DNA of 64,000 bases from an uncultured Prevotella sp. (GTDB lineage Bacteria; Bacteroidota; Bacteroidia; Bacteroidales; Bacteroidaceae), in the NCBI GenBank assembly GCA_946628315.1, contig CAMOWH010000001.1, forward strand, positions 939 to 64,938, read 5' to 3'. Shown piece after piece: positions 1 through 9,808 of the stretch. The translations under genes were made by a program, and so were the position numbers. Within the stretch, counting starts at the first letter, position 1, and each line of letters starts with the position of its first letter. The notes under the pieces were generated by a model. That model was not told where the DNA came from. It was given only the letters and a program-made list of their open reading frames with translations, and ran no database searches.

Positions 1-187
1 GGGTCAGCCCCTTCTCCTTTGCCAGAGCTGCTACCTTGGCAGGGTTACCAATCAGAATGATGTCTGCCATGTCCTCAGCCAACACACGGTCAGCTGCACA
101 AAGTGTGCGCTCCTCTTCAGCTTCGGGGAGCACGATACGCTGCTTGTTTGCCTTAGCACGCGCTACGATTTGACTTAATAAATCCAT
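1..187 (-). CDS. pta: Phosphate acetyltransferase, 5' part (runs off the window start)
   Basis: Not in the ORF track. Manual translation from ATG 187 gives MDLLSQIVARAKANKQRIVLPEAEEERTLCAADRV..., with the Pta N-terminal RIVLPE motif. TACCTTTG promoter box on the minus strand at 231-238. Confidence 0.88.
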   Translation of the reverse strand, partial: MDLLSQIVARAKANKQRIVLPEAEEERTLCAADRVLAEDMADIILIGNPAKVAALAKEKGLT

Positions 188-246
188 AGTTTGTTTCTTT
201 TGTTTAATGAGTTTTTAGATACATTGTCTGCAAAGGTACAAAATAA

Positions 247-274
247 AGTGAAGAGTGAAGAGTGAAGAGTGAAG
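247..274. repeat. Heptamer tandem repeat (AGTGAAG)x4
   Basis: Four exact copies read directly in the cdaA-pta intergenic region. Confidence 0.95.
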
Positions 275-340
275 AATTTGCTTCCGCCTTGTTATTTTTT
301 AACTTTTAACTTCTTCCATCTTCATCCGTTACTTTTCACT

Positions 341-1117
341 TTAAGTCATTTCCTGAGTCAGGATACTTTCCAGTTTTTCGGCCGACAGCCTGAGTTGGAA
401 CTCGCTGCGTATGGCTACTGAGATGCTGCCTGTTTCCTCAGAGACCACAATGGCGATGCAGTCGCTCTCGTGGGTAATACCCAGGGCAGCACGATGGCGC
501 AGGCCCAGTTCCTTGGGGATGTTCAAGTCGTGCGATACGGGCAGAATGCAGCCTGCGGCCTTGATACGCTGGTCGGCAATGACCATGGCACCGTCGTGTA
601 GGGGCGAGTTCTTAAAGAAGAGGTTCTCTATCAGACGCTGGCTGACGGTGGCATCAATGCGCTCACCCGTAGCCACAATGTCATCGAGTGGGGTTGCCCG
701 CTGGATGACAATGAGTGCTCCGACTTTCTTCTTGCTCATGCTCATGCATGACATGACCAATGGTATGATGACCTGTTTCAGCTTCTCGCTGTTCTGTTTC
801 TTGTCGTTATTGGAAAAGAGGCGTCGCAGGGCTTGTATACGCTGGTGGGCACCAAGGTTGTAGAGGAACTTGCGTATGTCTTCCTGAAACAGGATGATGA
901 GTGCAATCACTCCCACAGATACCAGTTTGTCCATGATAGAACCTAACAGTCGCATCTCCAGAATCTGGGAAACGACCAGCCACAAAACTACAAACACCAT
1001 AATGCCCATGAATACGTTCAGTGAGCGCGATTCCTTCATCAGCCGGTAGATGTAGTACAGCATCAATGCGACCAGGACAATGTCGACGATATCTTTGATT
1101 CCAAATTCAAAAAACAT
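341..1117 (-). CDS. cdaA: Membrane diadenylate cyclase (CdaA/DacA, DisA_N domain)
   Basis: Three N-terminal TM segments; SPLHDGA and GLRHRAA motifs, VSEETG; ATG at 1117. Confidence 0.92.
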   Translation of the reverse strand: MFFEFGIKDIVDIVLVALMLYYIYRLMKESRSLNVFMGIMVFVVLWLVVSQILEMRLLGSIMDKLVSVGVIALIILFQEDIRKFLYNLGAHQRIQALRRLFSNNDKKQNSEKLKQVIIPLVMSCMSMSKKKVGALIVIQRATPLDDIVATGERIDATVSQRLIENLFFKNSPLHDGAMVIADQRIKAAGCILPVSHDLNIPKELGLRHRAALGITHESDCIAIVVSEETGSISVAIRSEFQLRLSAEKLESILTQEMT

Positions 1118-1144
1118 AGCCTTTATGTACAATTTGACGGTTTA

Positions 1145-1930
1145 CTATTTATGTAGTGCATTCACTATTTCGATACACTCAACAGCCTCACGGACATCAT
1201 GGACTCGCAAGATGCTGGCACCTTTCAGGAGGGCAATGGTGTTGAGGGCCGTCGTGCCGTTAAGAGCCTCTTCCTGTCGATGATTCAACAGGCGGTAAAT
1301 CATGGATTTGCGTGAGATGCCCACCAATATGGGGAGTCTGGTCATCTGCATTCGCTCCAGTTCGTTCATGACCTGGTAGTTTTGTTCCAATGTTTTGCCA
1401 AAGCCAAAGCCTGGGTCAAGAACAATGTCTTTTTGTCCCCAGGAGCGCAGGCGGTCTGTAGTCTCGGCACAATCGAGCAAGATGTCATACATGGTGGCTT
1501 TGCTGGACATATATATATATGGTACGCGCAATTGCGACACCATGCGTTGCATGTCTATGGTTCCTTCGACATCGTTGATGATGTCGGCTCCGAATTCCTC
1601 CACTGCCATACGTGCCATTCGTGGACGGAAGGTGTCGATGCTGATGACGGCTTGAGGAGCCTCACGGCGTACAATGGCTAATGCATGTCGAAGTCGGTCA
1701 GCCTCCTCAGCCTCACTGACGGGCTTGCTGCCAGGACGTGTGGAACAGGCACCAATGTCGATGATGCTGCCACCTTGGGCAAGAATCTCTTCCGTCCGGT
1801 GGGCTATCTCTTCTTCTGTCTGCTGCCGGCTGTCGGCATAGAATGAGTCGGGCGTCACGTTCATAATGCCCATGACCTGTGGTTTCTCCAGACTCAGCAG
1901 TCGTCCGTTACAATTCAGCGTATAGTCCAT
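1145..1930 (-). CDS. folP: Dihydropteroate synthase
   Basis: MGIMNVTPDSF, DIGACSTRPG, DPGFGF, SRKS and RVHDV motifs; start taken at MDYTLNC. Confidence 0.95.
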   Translation of the reverse strand: MDYTLNCNGRLLSLEKPQVMGIMNVTPDSFYADSRQQTEEEIAHRTEEILAQGGSIIDIGACSTRPGSKPVSEAEEADRLRHALAIVRREAPQAVISIDTFRPRMARMAVEEFGADIINDVEGTIDMQRMVSQLRVPYIYMSSKATMYDILLDCAETTDRLRSWGQKDIVLDPGFGFGKTLEQNYQVMNELERMQMTRLPILVGISRKSMIYRLLNHRQEEALNGTTALNTIALLKGASILRVHDVREAVECIEIVNALHK

Positions 1931-2022
1931 ATCAAGTGACAAAGTTAACAATTTTAGAGAACAAAGAAGAAGGAAGAAGAAAGAATTTGCTGACGTCTTG
2001 TTTTTTTTTAACGTTTTTGGCA

Positions 2023-2901
2023 CTAAAACTCCACGTAAGGTTTCAGTCGTTCTATGGCTTGGGGAGGAAAGTCAGAAGAGAGGCTGAGGTCATCAAGACT
2101 TTTGAGAGGCCCGTGCAGGCGGCGATAGTCCGTGATGGCTTTGGCCTGATAATAATTGATATAAGGATGGCGGCGCAACTCGGACAGCGACAAACGGTTG
2201 ACATTCAGCTTCTTAGGAGAAGCATTCTGAACGACAAAGTACTTCTTGGCCTCTTGGGGGAAACCTTCTATTTCATCCAGCTGATCCACATGGACATAGC
2301 CTCCAAGCCACTTGCCGTATCGCAGGATTTCCTTGGCATAATAAGTACCTATGCCAGGCACCTTCTTCAGCTGTGCCGTGTCGGCAGTGTTCAGAACAAT
2401 GTGTTCGCCTTCTTTGATTTTAATGGGGAAGCGTAGGGTATCCCGTTCATACGTCTTATTGGCCCCATTGGTTCTATCTTGCTTATTTGTTCTATTACCC
2501 ACCAATGTTGAGGCTGGCAGATAGTCGCTGGAAATGCGGATGTATGGTTCCAGTTCGCGATATTGTTTGACGGTAAGACCGTAGAGTCGGGCAAAGTCCT
2601 CCTTCTGGCGATAGATACCACCCCGTGCACGGTATTTGTAGATGTTGCGAACCTGCCAGGGCTGTAGTCCTAACCGCAGCAACTGGGTAGAGTCTGCAGT
2701 ATTGGGGTCAAAGGGAAAGCGTTCTGCCTTTGTAGAAGGGACGGCATAATAGTAGTGGGGCTTATTGGTGAAATGAGTGGAGTCGGTTCTGCGGGAACTT
2801 TGGGGTATAACAGCATCGTCACCTGTCAACCATAGACCTATTAATGCCAACACGCCCACGGCGATGGCTGCGGTGGCTACTTTTCGGTCGTTACGATTCA
2901 T
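2023..2901 (-). CDS. ComEA-like helix-hairpin-helix DNA-binding protein
   Basis: N-terminal TM; repeated HhH modules (FDPNTADSTQL, LNTADTAQLKKVPGIG, LNVNRLS); ATGA overlap with the upstream transporter stop. Confidence 0.8.
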   Translation of the reverse strand: MNRNDRKVATAAIAVGVLALIGLWLTGDDAVIPQSSRRTDSTHFTNKPHYYYAVPSTKAERFPFDPNTADSTQLLRLGLQPWQVRNIYKYRARGGIYRQKEDFARLYGLTVKQYRELEPYIRISSDYLPASTLVGNRTNKQDRTNGANKTYERDTLRFPIKIKEGEHIVLNTADTAQLKKVPGIGTYYAKEILRYGKWLGGYVHVDQLDEIEGFPQEAKKYFVVQNASPKKLNVNRLSLSELRRHPYINYYQAKAITDYRRLHGPLKSLDDLSLSSDFPPQAIERLKPYVEF

Positions 2902-4253
2902 ATTACACCTAACTGATGAAGGAATACCAATGCGATGCAGATAGGACAAACGAAACGTACCACAAAGAGGTAGATTCCGAAAAAGCGGCTGCTGAGAGAG
3001 CCTTGATTGGTGAATTCGTCAAAAACCAACTGTTTGGGGATGTACCAGCCAACAAACAGGCAGGTCAACATTCCGCCTAACGGAAGCATGAAGTTGGCTG
3101 TCAGCTGGTCGCAGAAATCCATCAGTGAAAGGCCTGCCAGTTTGATGTCGTAAGCCCCGACAGACAGGGCACAGAAAGAGCAGAGGACAGAAGCCACAAT
3201 GGTCAGCACCCATGCTGCTTTCTTACGTGGAAGATGGAATTCCTCAGAGAAGAAGGCTGTTCCAATTTCATGCATGGAAATAGTGCTGGTCAGAGCCGCA
3301 AACACCAACAGGGCATAAAACATGATGCTGATGATGTACCCCACTATAGGCATGGCGCTGAAGGCCTGCTGGAAGACGTTAGGCAGCGTAATGAAGATGA
3401 GCGAGGGGCCGCTATCCGGATTGATGCCTACCGAGGCGGCAGCAGGGAAAATCATGAGTCCGGAAAGAATTGCTATAAGGGTATCAAGCAGTGCAATCTG
3501 ACCTGCCGAATGCAAGAGGTTGGTTTCCTTAGAGAAGTAGCTGGCATAGGTACATAGGCAGGCTGTTCCCAGTGAAAGCGAGAAAAATGCCTGTCCCAAA
3601 GCCTCTAATATGACATTGCTACCGAGTTTGGAGAAGTCGGGCATGAATAGGAATCTGACGCCAGCCATAGCACCTGGCAAAAGACAGGAGGCAATAACAA
3701 TGACAATCAGCAACAGCAACAAGATGGGCATCAGCAATTTGGAAGCACGCTCTATTCCACTGCGCACTCCACGGATGACTACGACATGAGTGATGAGTAC
3801 AAAGCCGACACCCCAAAGCACTGGTTTCAAGGCATCACTGGAGAACAATACAAAGTACTCTTTTACATTCTCGGCATCGCCATTGACCTGTCCTGCAATA
3901 GAGGCAAACAGATACTGCAGGCACCATCCTGCAACCACGGCATAAAAGCCAAGAATAATGGTAGAAGTAAGCATACCCAGATAGCCGACTAACTTCCAAG
4001 GTCGCCCATTCGATAGTTTGTCGTATGACGCAGCGGCATTCGCCTGACCATGTCTTCCGACTATGAATTCGCTCAGCATACCGGGGATGCCCAGTATCAT
4101 GATGCAAGCAAAATATATGAGGATAAAGGCTGCTCCACCATTCTCGCCAGTCATGTAGGGGAAACGCCATACATTACCCAAGCCTACTGCAGAACCGGCT
4201 GTGGCCAGTACGATACCTAATCTGCTTCCGAAATTGCCTCTGTTATTTTTCAT
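2898..4253 (-). CDS. Sodium-dependent transporter, NSS/SNF family
   Basis: AGSAVGLGNVWRFPY...NGG signature; many TM helices. Confidence 0.92.
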   Translation of the reverse strand: MKNNRGNFGSRLGIVLATAGSAVGLGNVWRFPYMTGENGGAAFILIYFACIMILGIPGMLSEFIVGRHGQANAAASYDKLSNGRPWKLVGYLGMLTSTIILGFYAVVAGWCLQYLFASIAGQVNGDAENVKEYFVLFSSDALKPVLWGVGFVLITHVVVIRGVRSGIERASKLLMPILLLLLIVIVIASCLLPGAMAGVRFLFMPDFSKLGSNVILEALGQAFFSLSLGTACLCTYASYFSKETNLLHSAGQIALLDTLIAILSGLMIFPAAASVGINPDSGPSLIFITLPNVFQQAFSAMPIVGYIISIMFYALLVFAALTSTISMHEIGTAFFSEEFHLPRKKAAWVLTIVASVLCSFCALSVGAYDIKLAGLSLMDFCDQLTANFMLPLGGMLTCLFVGWYIPKQLVFDEFTNQGSLSSRFFGIYLFVVRFVCPICIALVFLHQLGVI

Positions 4254-4256
4254 AAA

Positions 4257-5621
4257 TTATTTTAGCAATCCAAACTGGTGCAGGAATATGAACAAAATGG
4301 CCAAAGGACAGATATACTTTATCAGGAAAAGATAAAAGTGGAAAAAACGGCCGCGAAGTGTTCCCCAGTTAGTGAACTCGTCGCGAACAATCTTGTGAGG
4401 AACAAACCAGCCTATAAAGATACAGGTCAGGAAGCCTACAATGGGCAGGAATATCTGGCCCGTAATAAAGTCAAACCAGTCAAACAGTGATTTGCCAAAG
4501 AAAACCATTACATCGACAGCTCCTAACGAAAGAGAACATAGGGTACCAATGGCGGTTGATGTGATGGTAACAATCAGGGCTGCCTTCTTTCGGGTAATAA
4601 CCAACTCTTCGTGGAGAAAAGCCGTAGATACCTCATGCAGCGACATCAGCGATGTCAGTGCCGCCAGTGTCAGCAGGACGAAAAACAGCAGGGAGATGGC
4701 ATAGCCAACTATCGGCCATGAAGCGAATGCCTGGGCAAACACGTTAGGCAGGGTAATGAAAATCAATGAGGGGCCTGAGTCTGGATTAACACCTACCGAG
4801 AAGGCTGCCGGGAAAATCATCAGACCAGCCAGAATGGCAACCAAGGCATCAATGACACCAATCTGAATGGCAGAGTTGGTCAAATTGGTATGTTTTGAGA
4901 AGTAGCTGGCATAGGTACAAAGACATCCCATGGCTATACTCAGCGAGTAGAATGATTGTCCTAATGCAGCTAAAAAGACATCACCGTTTATTTTGGTAAA
5001 ATCAGGTTTGAACAGGAATTCAATGCCTTTTTCCGCATTGGGAAGCATACATGATGCCCCCACGATGACTAACAAGAGAATAAAGAGGGTAGGCATCATG
5101 AACTTGGAAGCTTTCTCAATGCCGTCACGTACCCCATGCTCTATAATCAAGTAGGTGATGCCCAAGATAATAGCTGTCCACAGTACTGGCTTCACCGGGT
5201 CGGTGGACAATTCGGCAAAATAAGTTTGGAAGTAGGCCGGTGTACCTTGCATCTTTCCTATCAGCGAAGCCCAGATGTATTGCATACACCAACCAGCTAC
5301 TACTGCATAGTAGCCTGTAATCAGGAATCCAGTCAAAACGCCCATGTAGCCGATGATGGACCATGGTCTATCGCCAGCCATTTTTGAGAAGGCACGTGCC
5401 GTGTTGGACCGACCGTTGCGACCTACGATAAATTCGCTGATCATGCAGGGTATTCCTAATAGTAGCACACAAAATATGTAGATGATAATGAATACGGCTC
5501 CACCGTTCTCACCTGTCATATAGGGAAAACGCCATACGTTACCCAGTCCTACGGCAGAACCTGCAGTTGCGAGTATTACACCTAAGCGACTGCTGAAATT
5601 TGCTCTTTCTAACTTTGCCAT
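4257..5621 (-). CDS. Sodium-dependent transporter, NSS/SNF family (paralog)
   Basis: Same GSAVGLGNVWRFPY signature; start taken at MAKLER. Confidence 0.92.
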   Translation of the reverse strand: MAKLERANFSSRLGVILATAGSAVGLGNVWRFPYMTGENGGAVFIIIYIFCVLLLGIPCMISEFIVGRNGRSNTARAFSKMAGDRPWSIIGYMGVLTGFLITGYYAVVAGWCMQYIWASLIGKMQGTPAYFQTYFAELSTDPVKPVLWTAIILGITYLIIEHGVRDGIEKASKFMMPTLFILLLVIVGASCMLPNAEKGIEFLFKPDFTKINGDVFLAALGQSFYSLSIAMGCLCTYASYFSKHTNLTNSAIQIGVIDALVAILAGLMIFPAAFSVGVNPDSGPSLIFITLPNVFAQAFASWPIVGYAISLLFFVLLTLAALTSLMSLHEVSTAFLHEELVITRKKAALIVTITSTAIGTLCSLSLGAVDVMVFFGKSLFDWFDFITGQIFLPIVGFLTCIFIGWFVPHKIVRDEFTNWGTLRGRFFHFYLFLIKYICPLAILFIFLHQFGLLK

Positions 5622-5724
5622 CTCATATTTTTTCATAACTGTCTGCAAAAATACAAAATAATTCACAATTCATGATTCAAAATGATAATTATTTCTTATT
5701 TTTGCAGGAAAATTGCTATTTAAT

Positions 5725-6126
5725 ATGGTAAACAGTGCTCATTTTGTTAAAAGATACCCTTTCTCTATTGTATGTATTGTGCTGATATGGGTGCTGTCAC
5801 TGACACCGATTTTCCCTGAGACTCCCTTTGACCATGTGGAGTTGATAGACAAGTGGACCCATTTGGTCATGTATGGCGGCACTTGCAGTGTCATCTGGTG
5901 GGAATATCTGCGTAAACACCATGTACTTGACGGGGAAAAACTCTTTTTTTATGCATGGCTCAGCCCGGTTCTCATGAGTGGCCTGTTGGAACTGCTACAG
6001 GAATATTGTACCTTCGGCCACCGCAATGGTGACTGGCTGGACTTTGCCGCCAATGCTACAGGTGTCACCCTTGGTGCGCTGGCAGGCCTGCTGATGTATC
6101 AGTTGTGGTTCAAAAGAAGAATGTGA
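5725..6126 (+). CDS. VanZ-like membrane protein
   Basis: DKWTH, ELLQ...R.GDWLDFAANATG motifs; hydrophobic. Confidence 0.8.
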   Translation: MVNSAHFVKRYPFSIVCIVLIWVLSLTPIFPETPFDHVELIDKWTHLVMYGGTCSVIWWEYLRKHHVLDGEKLFFYAWLSPVLMSGLLELLQEYCTFGHRNGDWLDFAANATGVTLGALAGLLMYQLWFKRRM

Positions 6127-6135
6127 GTTACTATC

Positions 6136-6618
6136 TCACTGCTGATCTTTCCACGATTGATACGGATTGCGGCGAAGTTGGGAGTTGTAGTAGCGGCGGT
6201 CACCGGTGACTTCCTGCCCGATGAAATGGGGGATTTTTGGCGTCTCTTGAGCATCGTTCAGTTCTACTTCTGCCATGACTAAGCCTTCGTTCTCTCCGTG
6301 GAACTCATCGACTTCAAAGGTATGCTCACCGCTCTTGACCAACCAGCGGGTCTTGTCAATGATGATGGGTTCGCAGAGCAGCAACAACTGCTCGGCATCG
6401 GCAAAGGGAATCTCCTGTTCAAACTCATAACGTGAGAGTCCACCGTCCAGCGAAGGTCCCTTGATGGTGATATAGGCTCTTTCGTCTCTGATGCGGATAC
6501 GAACAGTCCGTCCACGTTCGCTACAGATATATCCCTGACGAATATGGCTGGAAGAGAAAGCCTCGTGCTTGTACGAATCGTCAAGCACGAGGAATTTGCG
6601 TTCAATCTCCAGTGCCAT
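6136..6618 (-). CDS. CYTH-domain (triphosphate tunnel) protein
   Basis: EIERKFLV N-terminal motif, RIR, EFE, EVE; start at MALEIERK. Confidence 0.9.
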   Translation of the reverse strand: MALEIERKFLVLDDSYKHEAFSSSHIRQGYICSERGRTVRIRIRDERAYITIKGPSLDGGLSRYEFEQEIPFADAEQLLLLCEPIIIDKTRWLVKSGEHTFEVDEFHGENEGLVMAEVELNDAQETPKIPHFIGQEVTGDRRYYNSQLRRNPYQSWKDQQ

Positions 6619-6761
6619 TACGACATCATGGTAATGGTCCAGATGAGATAGATGATGGCAAGGACTATCAGTCCGCCAAAAATCCATGATACTACTTTCT
6701 TGCCTTGTTCTTCCTGTTTCTTAGCGTAGGCCTCACGCTTTGCATTGTTTTTCTTGCTCAT
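6618..6761 (-). CDS. Small 47-aa single-pass membrane protein
   Basis: Below the ORF-track cut-off. MSKKNNAKREAYAKKQEEQGKKVVSWIFGGLIVLAIIYLIWTITMMS; fills the prfB-CYTH gap and its TAA overlaps the CYTH ATG. Confidence 0.75.
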   Translation of the reverse strand: MSKKNNAKREAYAKKQEEQGKKVVSWIFGGLIVLAIIYLIWTITMMS

Positions 6762-6785
6762 AATATTTAATGTTTATAGTTCATT

Positions 6786-7907
6786 TTAATCTTCGTCTGT
6801 GACAGGAAATTCCATGAGGTAAGCCTTGATGAAATCGTCGATTTTCCCATCCATGACACCATCTACGTCTGAGGTCTGGTAGTTGGTACGATGGTCCTTG
6901 ACACGGCGGTCATCGAAGACGTAGGAACGTATCTGACTGCCCCACTCTATCTTCTTCTTGCCGGCTTCAATCTTGGCCTGGGCCTCCAGACGTTTCTGCA
7001 TGGCTCGGTCGTAGAGTTGTGAGCGCAGCAGGGCCATGGCACGTTCTTTGTTTTTAGGCTGGTCGCGCGTCTCGGTATTCTCGATGAGGATTTCCTCCTC
7101 CTCGCCCGTATCAGGGTCGGTATACCAGTAGCGCAGGCGGACGCCTGATTCCACCTTGTTGACATTCTGACCTCCGGCACCACTGGATCGGAAGGTGTCC
7201 CACGACAACTTGGCAGGGTCAACATACACCTCAATGGTATCGTCAACCAACGGAGAGACGAATACGGAGGCGAAGCTGGTCATACGTTTGCCTTGGGCAT
7301 TGAAGGGTGAAACACGTACCAGTCGGTGGACGCCATTCTCTGATTTCAGATAGCCATAAGCGTATTCACCACCCTCAATCTGCATGGTGACACTCTTGAT
7401 GCCGGCTTCGTCGCCGTCCTGCAGGTTGGAGATACTGACTTTATAGCCGTGGGCTTCGGCCCAGCGCTGGTACATACGCATCAGCATGGAAGCCCAGTCC
7501 TGACTCTCTGTGCCACCTGCACCGGAATTGATTTTGAGCACGGCATCCATGGGGTCTTCCTTCTGGCGCAGCATATTCTTCAGTTCCAGTTCCTCGATGG
7601 CCTTGATAGCCCTCTGGTAGTTCTCGTCTACCTCAGCCTCGGTGACCATCTCCTCTTTGTAGAAGTCGAAGGCCAGCTGGAGTTCGTCGGCTGCGGTGCG
7701 GACATCCTGAAACCCGTCAAGCCATTTCTTGATGGACTTGACTTTCTTCATCTGTTCTTCGGCACGCTTCTGGTCTTCCCAGAAGTCTGGAGCCTGTGTG
7801 CGGAGGTCTTCCTCCTCGTATTCTATCTTTTTCTCGTCAATCTTCAGATAGTGCTTCAACTTGTCTGCTCTATCCAAGACGTCTTTCAGTTGGTCACTCG
7901 TGATCAT
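6786..7907 (-). CDS. prfB: Peptide chain release factor 2
   Basis: SPF anticodon-mimic motif (RVSPF), GGQ motif, WGSQIRSYV. Confidence 0.97.
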   Translation of the reverse strand: MITSDQLKDVLDRADKLKHYLKIDEKKIEYEEEDLRTQAPDFWEDQKRAEEQMKKVKSIKKWLDGFQDVRTAADELQLAFDFYKEEMVTEAEVDENYQRAIKAIEELELKNMLRQKEDPMDAVLKINSGAGGTESQDWASMLMRMYQRWAEAHGYKVSISNLQDGDEAGIKSVTMQIEGGEYAYGYLKSENGVHRLVRVSPFNAQGKRMTSFASVFVSPLVDDTIEVYVDPAKLSWDTFRSSGAGGQNVNKVESGVRLRYWYTDPDTGEEEEILIENTETRDQPKNKERAMALLRSQLYDRAMQKRLEAQAKIEAGKKKIEWGSQIRSYVFDDRRVKDHRTNYQTSDVDGVMDGKIDDFIKAYLMEFPVTDED

Positions 7908-9715
7908 GATTCTTGGTACATCTTTTCTATTTCAGCCTTGTAGTTCTCGTTGAGGACCCGACGGCGAATCTTCAGCGTATTGGTGAGCTCACCTTTCTCC
8001 ATGGAGAGATGGTGGGGCAGCAGGGTGAAGCGTTTCACCTGCTCATAGTGGGCAAGCTGTTGCTGCAAGGTATCAATACGCTCTTTCATCATGTCGATGA
8101 TTTGCGGATGAGCACAAAGTTCCTCACGGCTATTGAAGGAAATATGGTGCTCACGAGCGTATTCTTCCAGCAACGTATAGACGGGAATGATGAGGGCCGA
8201 TACGAACTTGCGCTGGTCGGCAATGATGGCTATCTGGTCAATGAACTTGTCAACCAGCAGTTTGGACTCTATCATCTGTGGGGCAATATACTTGCCGTTC
8301 GAAGTCTTGAACAAATCCTTGATGCGCTCTGTAAGGAAAAGTTCACCATCTTTCATGTAGCCTGCGTCACCAGTTCTGAAGTAGCCGTCTGCGGTGAACG
8401 ACTGCTTGGTCAGGTCTTCGCGGTTGTAATAGCCGATGGTAATGGTGGGACCCTTCAGCAGGATTTCACCTTCCTCGCTAATCTTGATGTCGATACTGTC
8501 AATCGGCTGTCCAACGCTACCTACCGTATAGGGCTTGCCCAAATGGTCGCAGGAAACGGTAGCCAACGACTCGGTCAGCCCGTAGCCGACTATCATGTTG
8601 AGTCCGATGGAATGGACAAATTCCTCTACATGTGCACTGACGGCAGCTCCTGCTGTGGGGAAGAAGTGGGCATTCTCGAGGCCCAGCTCCTTGCGGACCA
8701 GAGAGAAGACAGTGCGGTTCAGCATCTCGTACTCCAGACGCAGGGCCATAGGAGGCTTCTTGCCCAGACTCAAATACTCAATATTGTGTTTGCGTCCTAC
8801 GTTGAGGGCGTGTTTGAAAAGTTTCCGTTCTACAGGATTGGCATGGTCTATCTTGTCCATCACACCCATGTAGACCTTTTCCCAGAAACGAGGTACTGCC
8901 GACATACAGGTTGGATGGGTTTCGCGCATGGACTGTTGCACCTGTAGCGGATAGGTGTTGACAATCATGGTGGCACCTACTGTCAAGCTGAGGATGGCCC
9001 ATCCGCGCTCAAAGATATGTGTGTAGGGCAGGAAGTTCATCACGCGATCCTTCTCCGTGACGGGCACACATTTGCCGTTAGCCTCGAAAGCCGCATGGAA
9101 CTGCCCGTGGGTCAGGATGACACCTTTGGAGTCGCCAGTGGTACCACTGGTATAGAGGATGTTGGCAATATCGTCAAAGGAAGCCTCCTGTTGTAGCTTT
9201 TCTACTTCTGTCTGCCTTGGCAGATTTTCTCCCAATTTCAGGAAATCACTGAAATAAAGCGCATTGGGGTCATGGGTGGAAATACGTACCAGAGGGTCGA
9301 AGACGATGATACGTTCCAATGTCGGACAAAGAGAGACGATACGGCGAGCCTTGTCATACTGCTCCTGTTCTCCCACGAACAAAAAGCGGATTTTGGCATC
9401 GTTGACCATGAACTGGATTTGTTGCTCTGAACTGGTGGCATAGAACGGAATTGTGACGGCTCTGATGCCCCAGGCTCCGAAGTCACACTGAAGATACTGT
9501 ACGCAGTTCTGGGCAAATATACCGATGTTTTCCTGTACCTTTACGCCCAGATTCAACAGCGCGTTTGACACCTGCATGACAGTGGAAGACACCTCGTTCC
9601 AGGAGAGTGACTTCCATTCCTTCCCACTGAAATCCTGATAAATCAGCATTTCACGATCACCATATTTTTTTGCTTGTTCGTGCAATAGCACAGACATGTG
9701 ACAATTGGTCTGCAT
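7904..9715 (-). CDS. Long-chain fatty-acid--CoA ligase (AMP-binding)
   Basis: YTSGTTGDSKG, GYGLTE, FRTGD, GKYIAPQ motifs. Confidence 0.9.
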   Translation of the reverse strand: MQTNCHMSVLLHEQAKKYGDREMLIYQDFSGKEWKSLSWNEVSSTVMQVSNALLNLGVKVQENIGIFAQNCVQYLQCDFGAWGIRAVTIPFYATSSEQQIQFMVNDAKIRFLFVGEQEQYDKARRIVSLCPTLERIIVFDPLVRISTHDPNALYFSDFLKLGENLPRQTEVEKLQQEASFDDIANILYTSGTTGDSKGVILTHGQFHAAFEANGKCVPVTEKDRVMNFLPYTHIFERGWAILSLTVGATMIVNTYPLQVQQSMRETHPTCMSAVPRFWEKVYMGVMDKIDHANPVERKLFKHALNVGRKHNIEYLSLGKKPPMALRLEYEMLNRTVFSLVRKELGLENAHFFPTAGAAVSAHVEEFVHSIGLNMIVGYGLTESLATVSCDHLGKPYTVGSVGQPIDSIDIKISEEGEILLKGPTITIGYYNREDLTKQSFTADGYFRTGDAGYMKDGELFLTERIKDLFKTSNGKYIAPQMIESKLLVDKFIDQIAIIADQRKFVSALIIPVYTLLEEYAREHHISFNSREELCAHPQIIDMMKERIDTLQQQLAHYEQVKRFTLLPHHLSMEKGELTNTLKIRRRVLNENYKAEIEKMYQES

Positions 9716-9808
9716 AAGCCTCGTATATTATTAATTAGGTGCAAAGGTACAAAATAATTAAGAATAAAGAGTTAATAATTAAGAGTTTTTTGTATCTTTG
9801 CAACGATT

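Noticed and set aside
341-1117. Diadenylate cyclase as part of a defence (CBASS-like) system
   Set aside because: Housekeeping membrane CdaA between folP and pta, with no effector genes nearby
7913-8947. 344-aa + strand ORF
   Set aside because: Antisense shadow of the acyl-CoA ligase; no recognisable motifs
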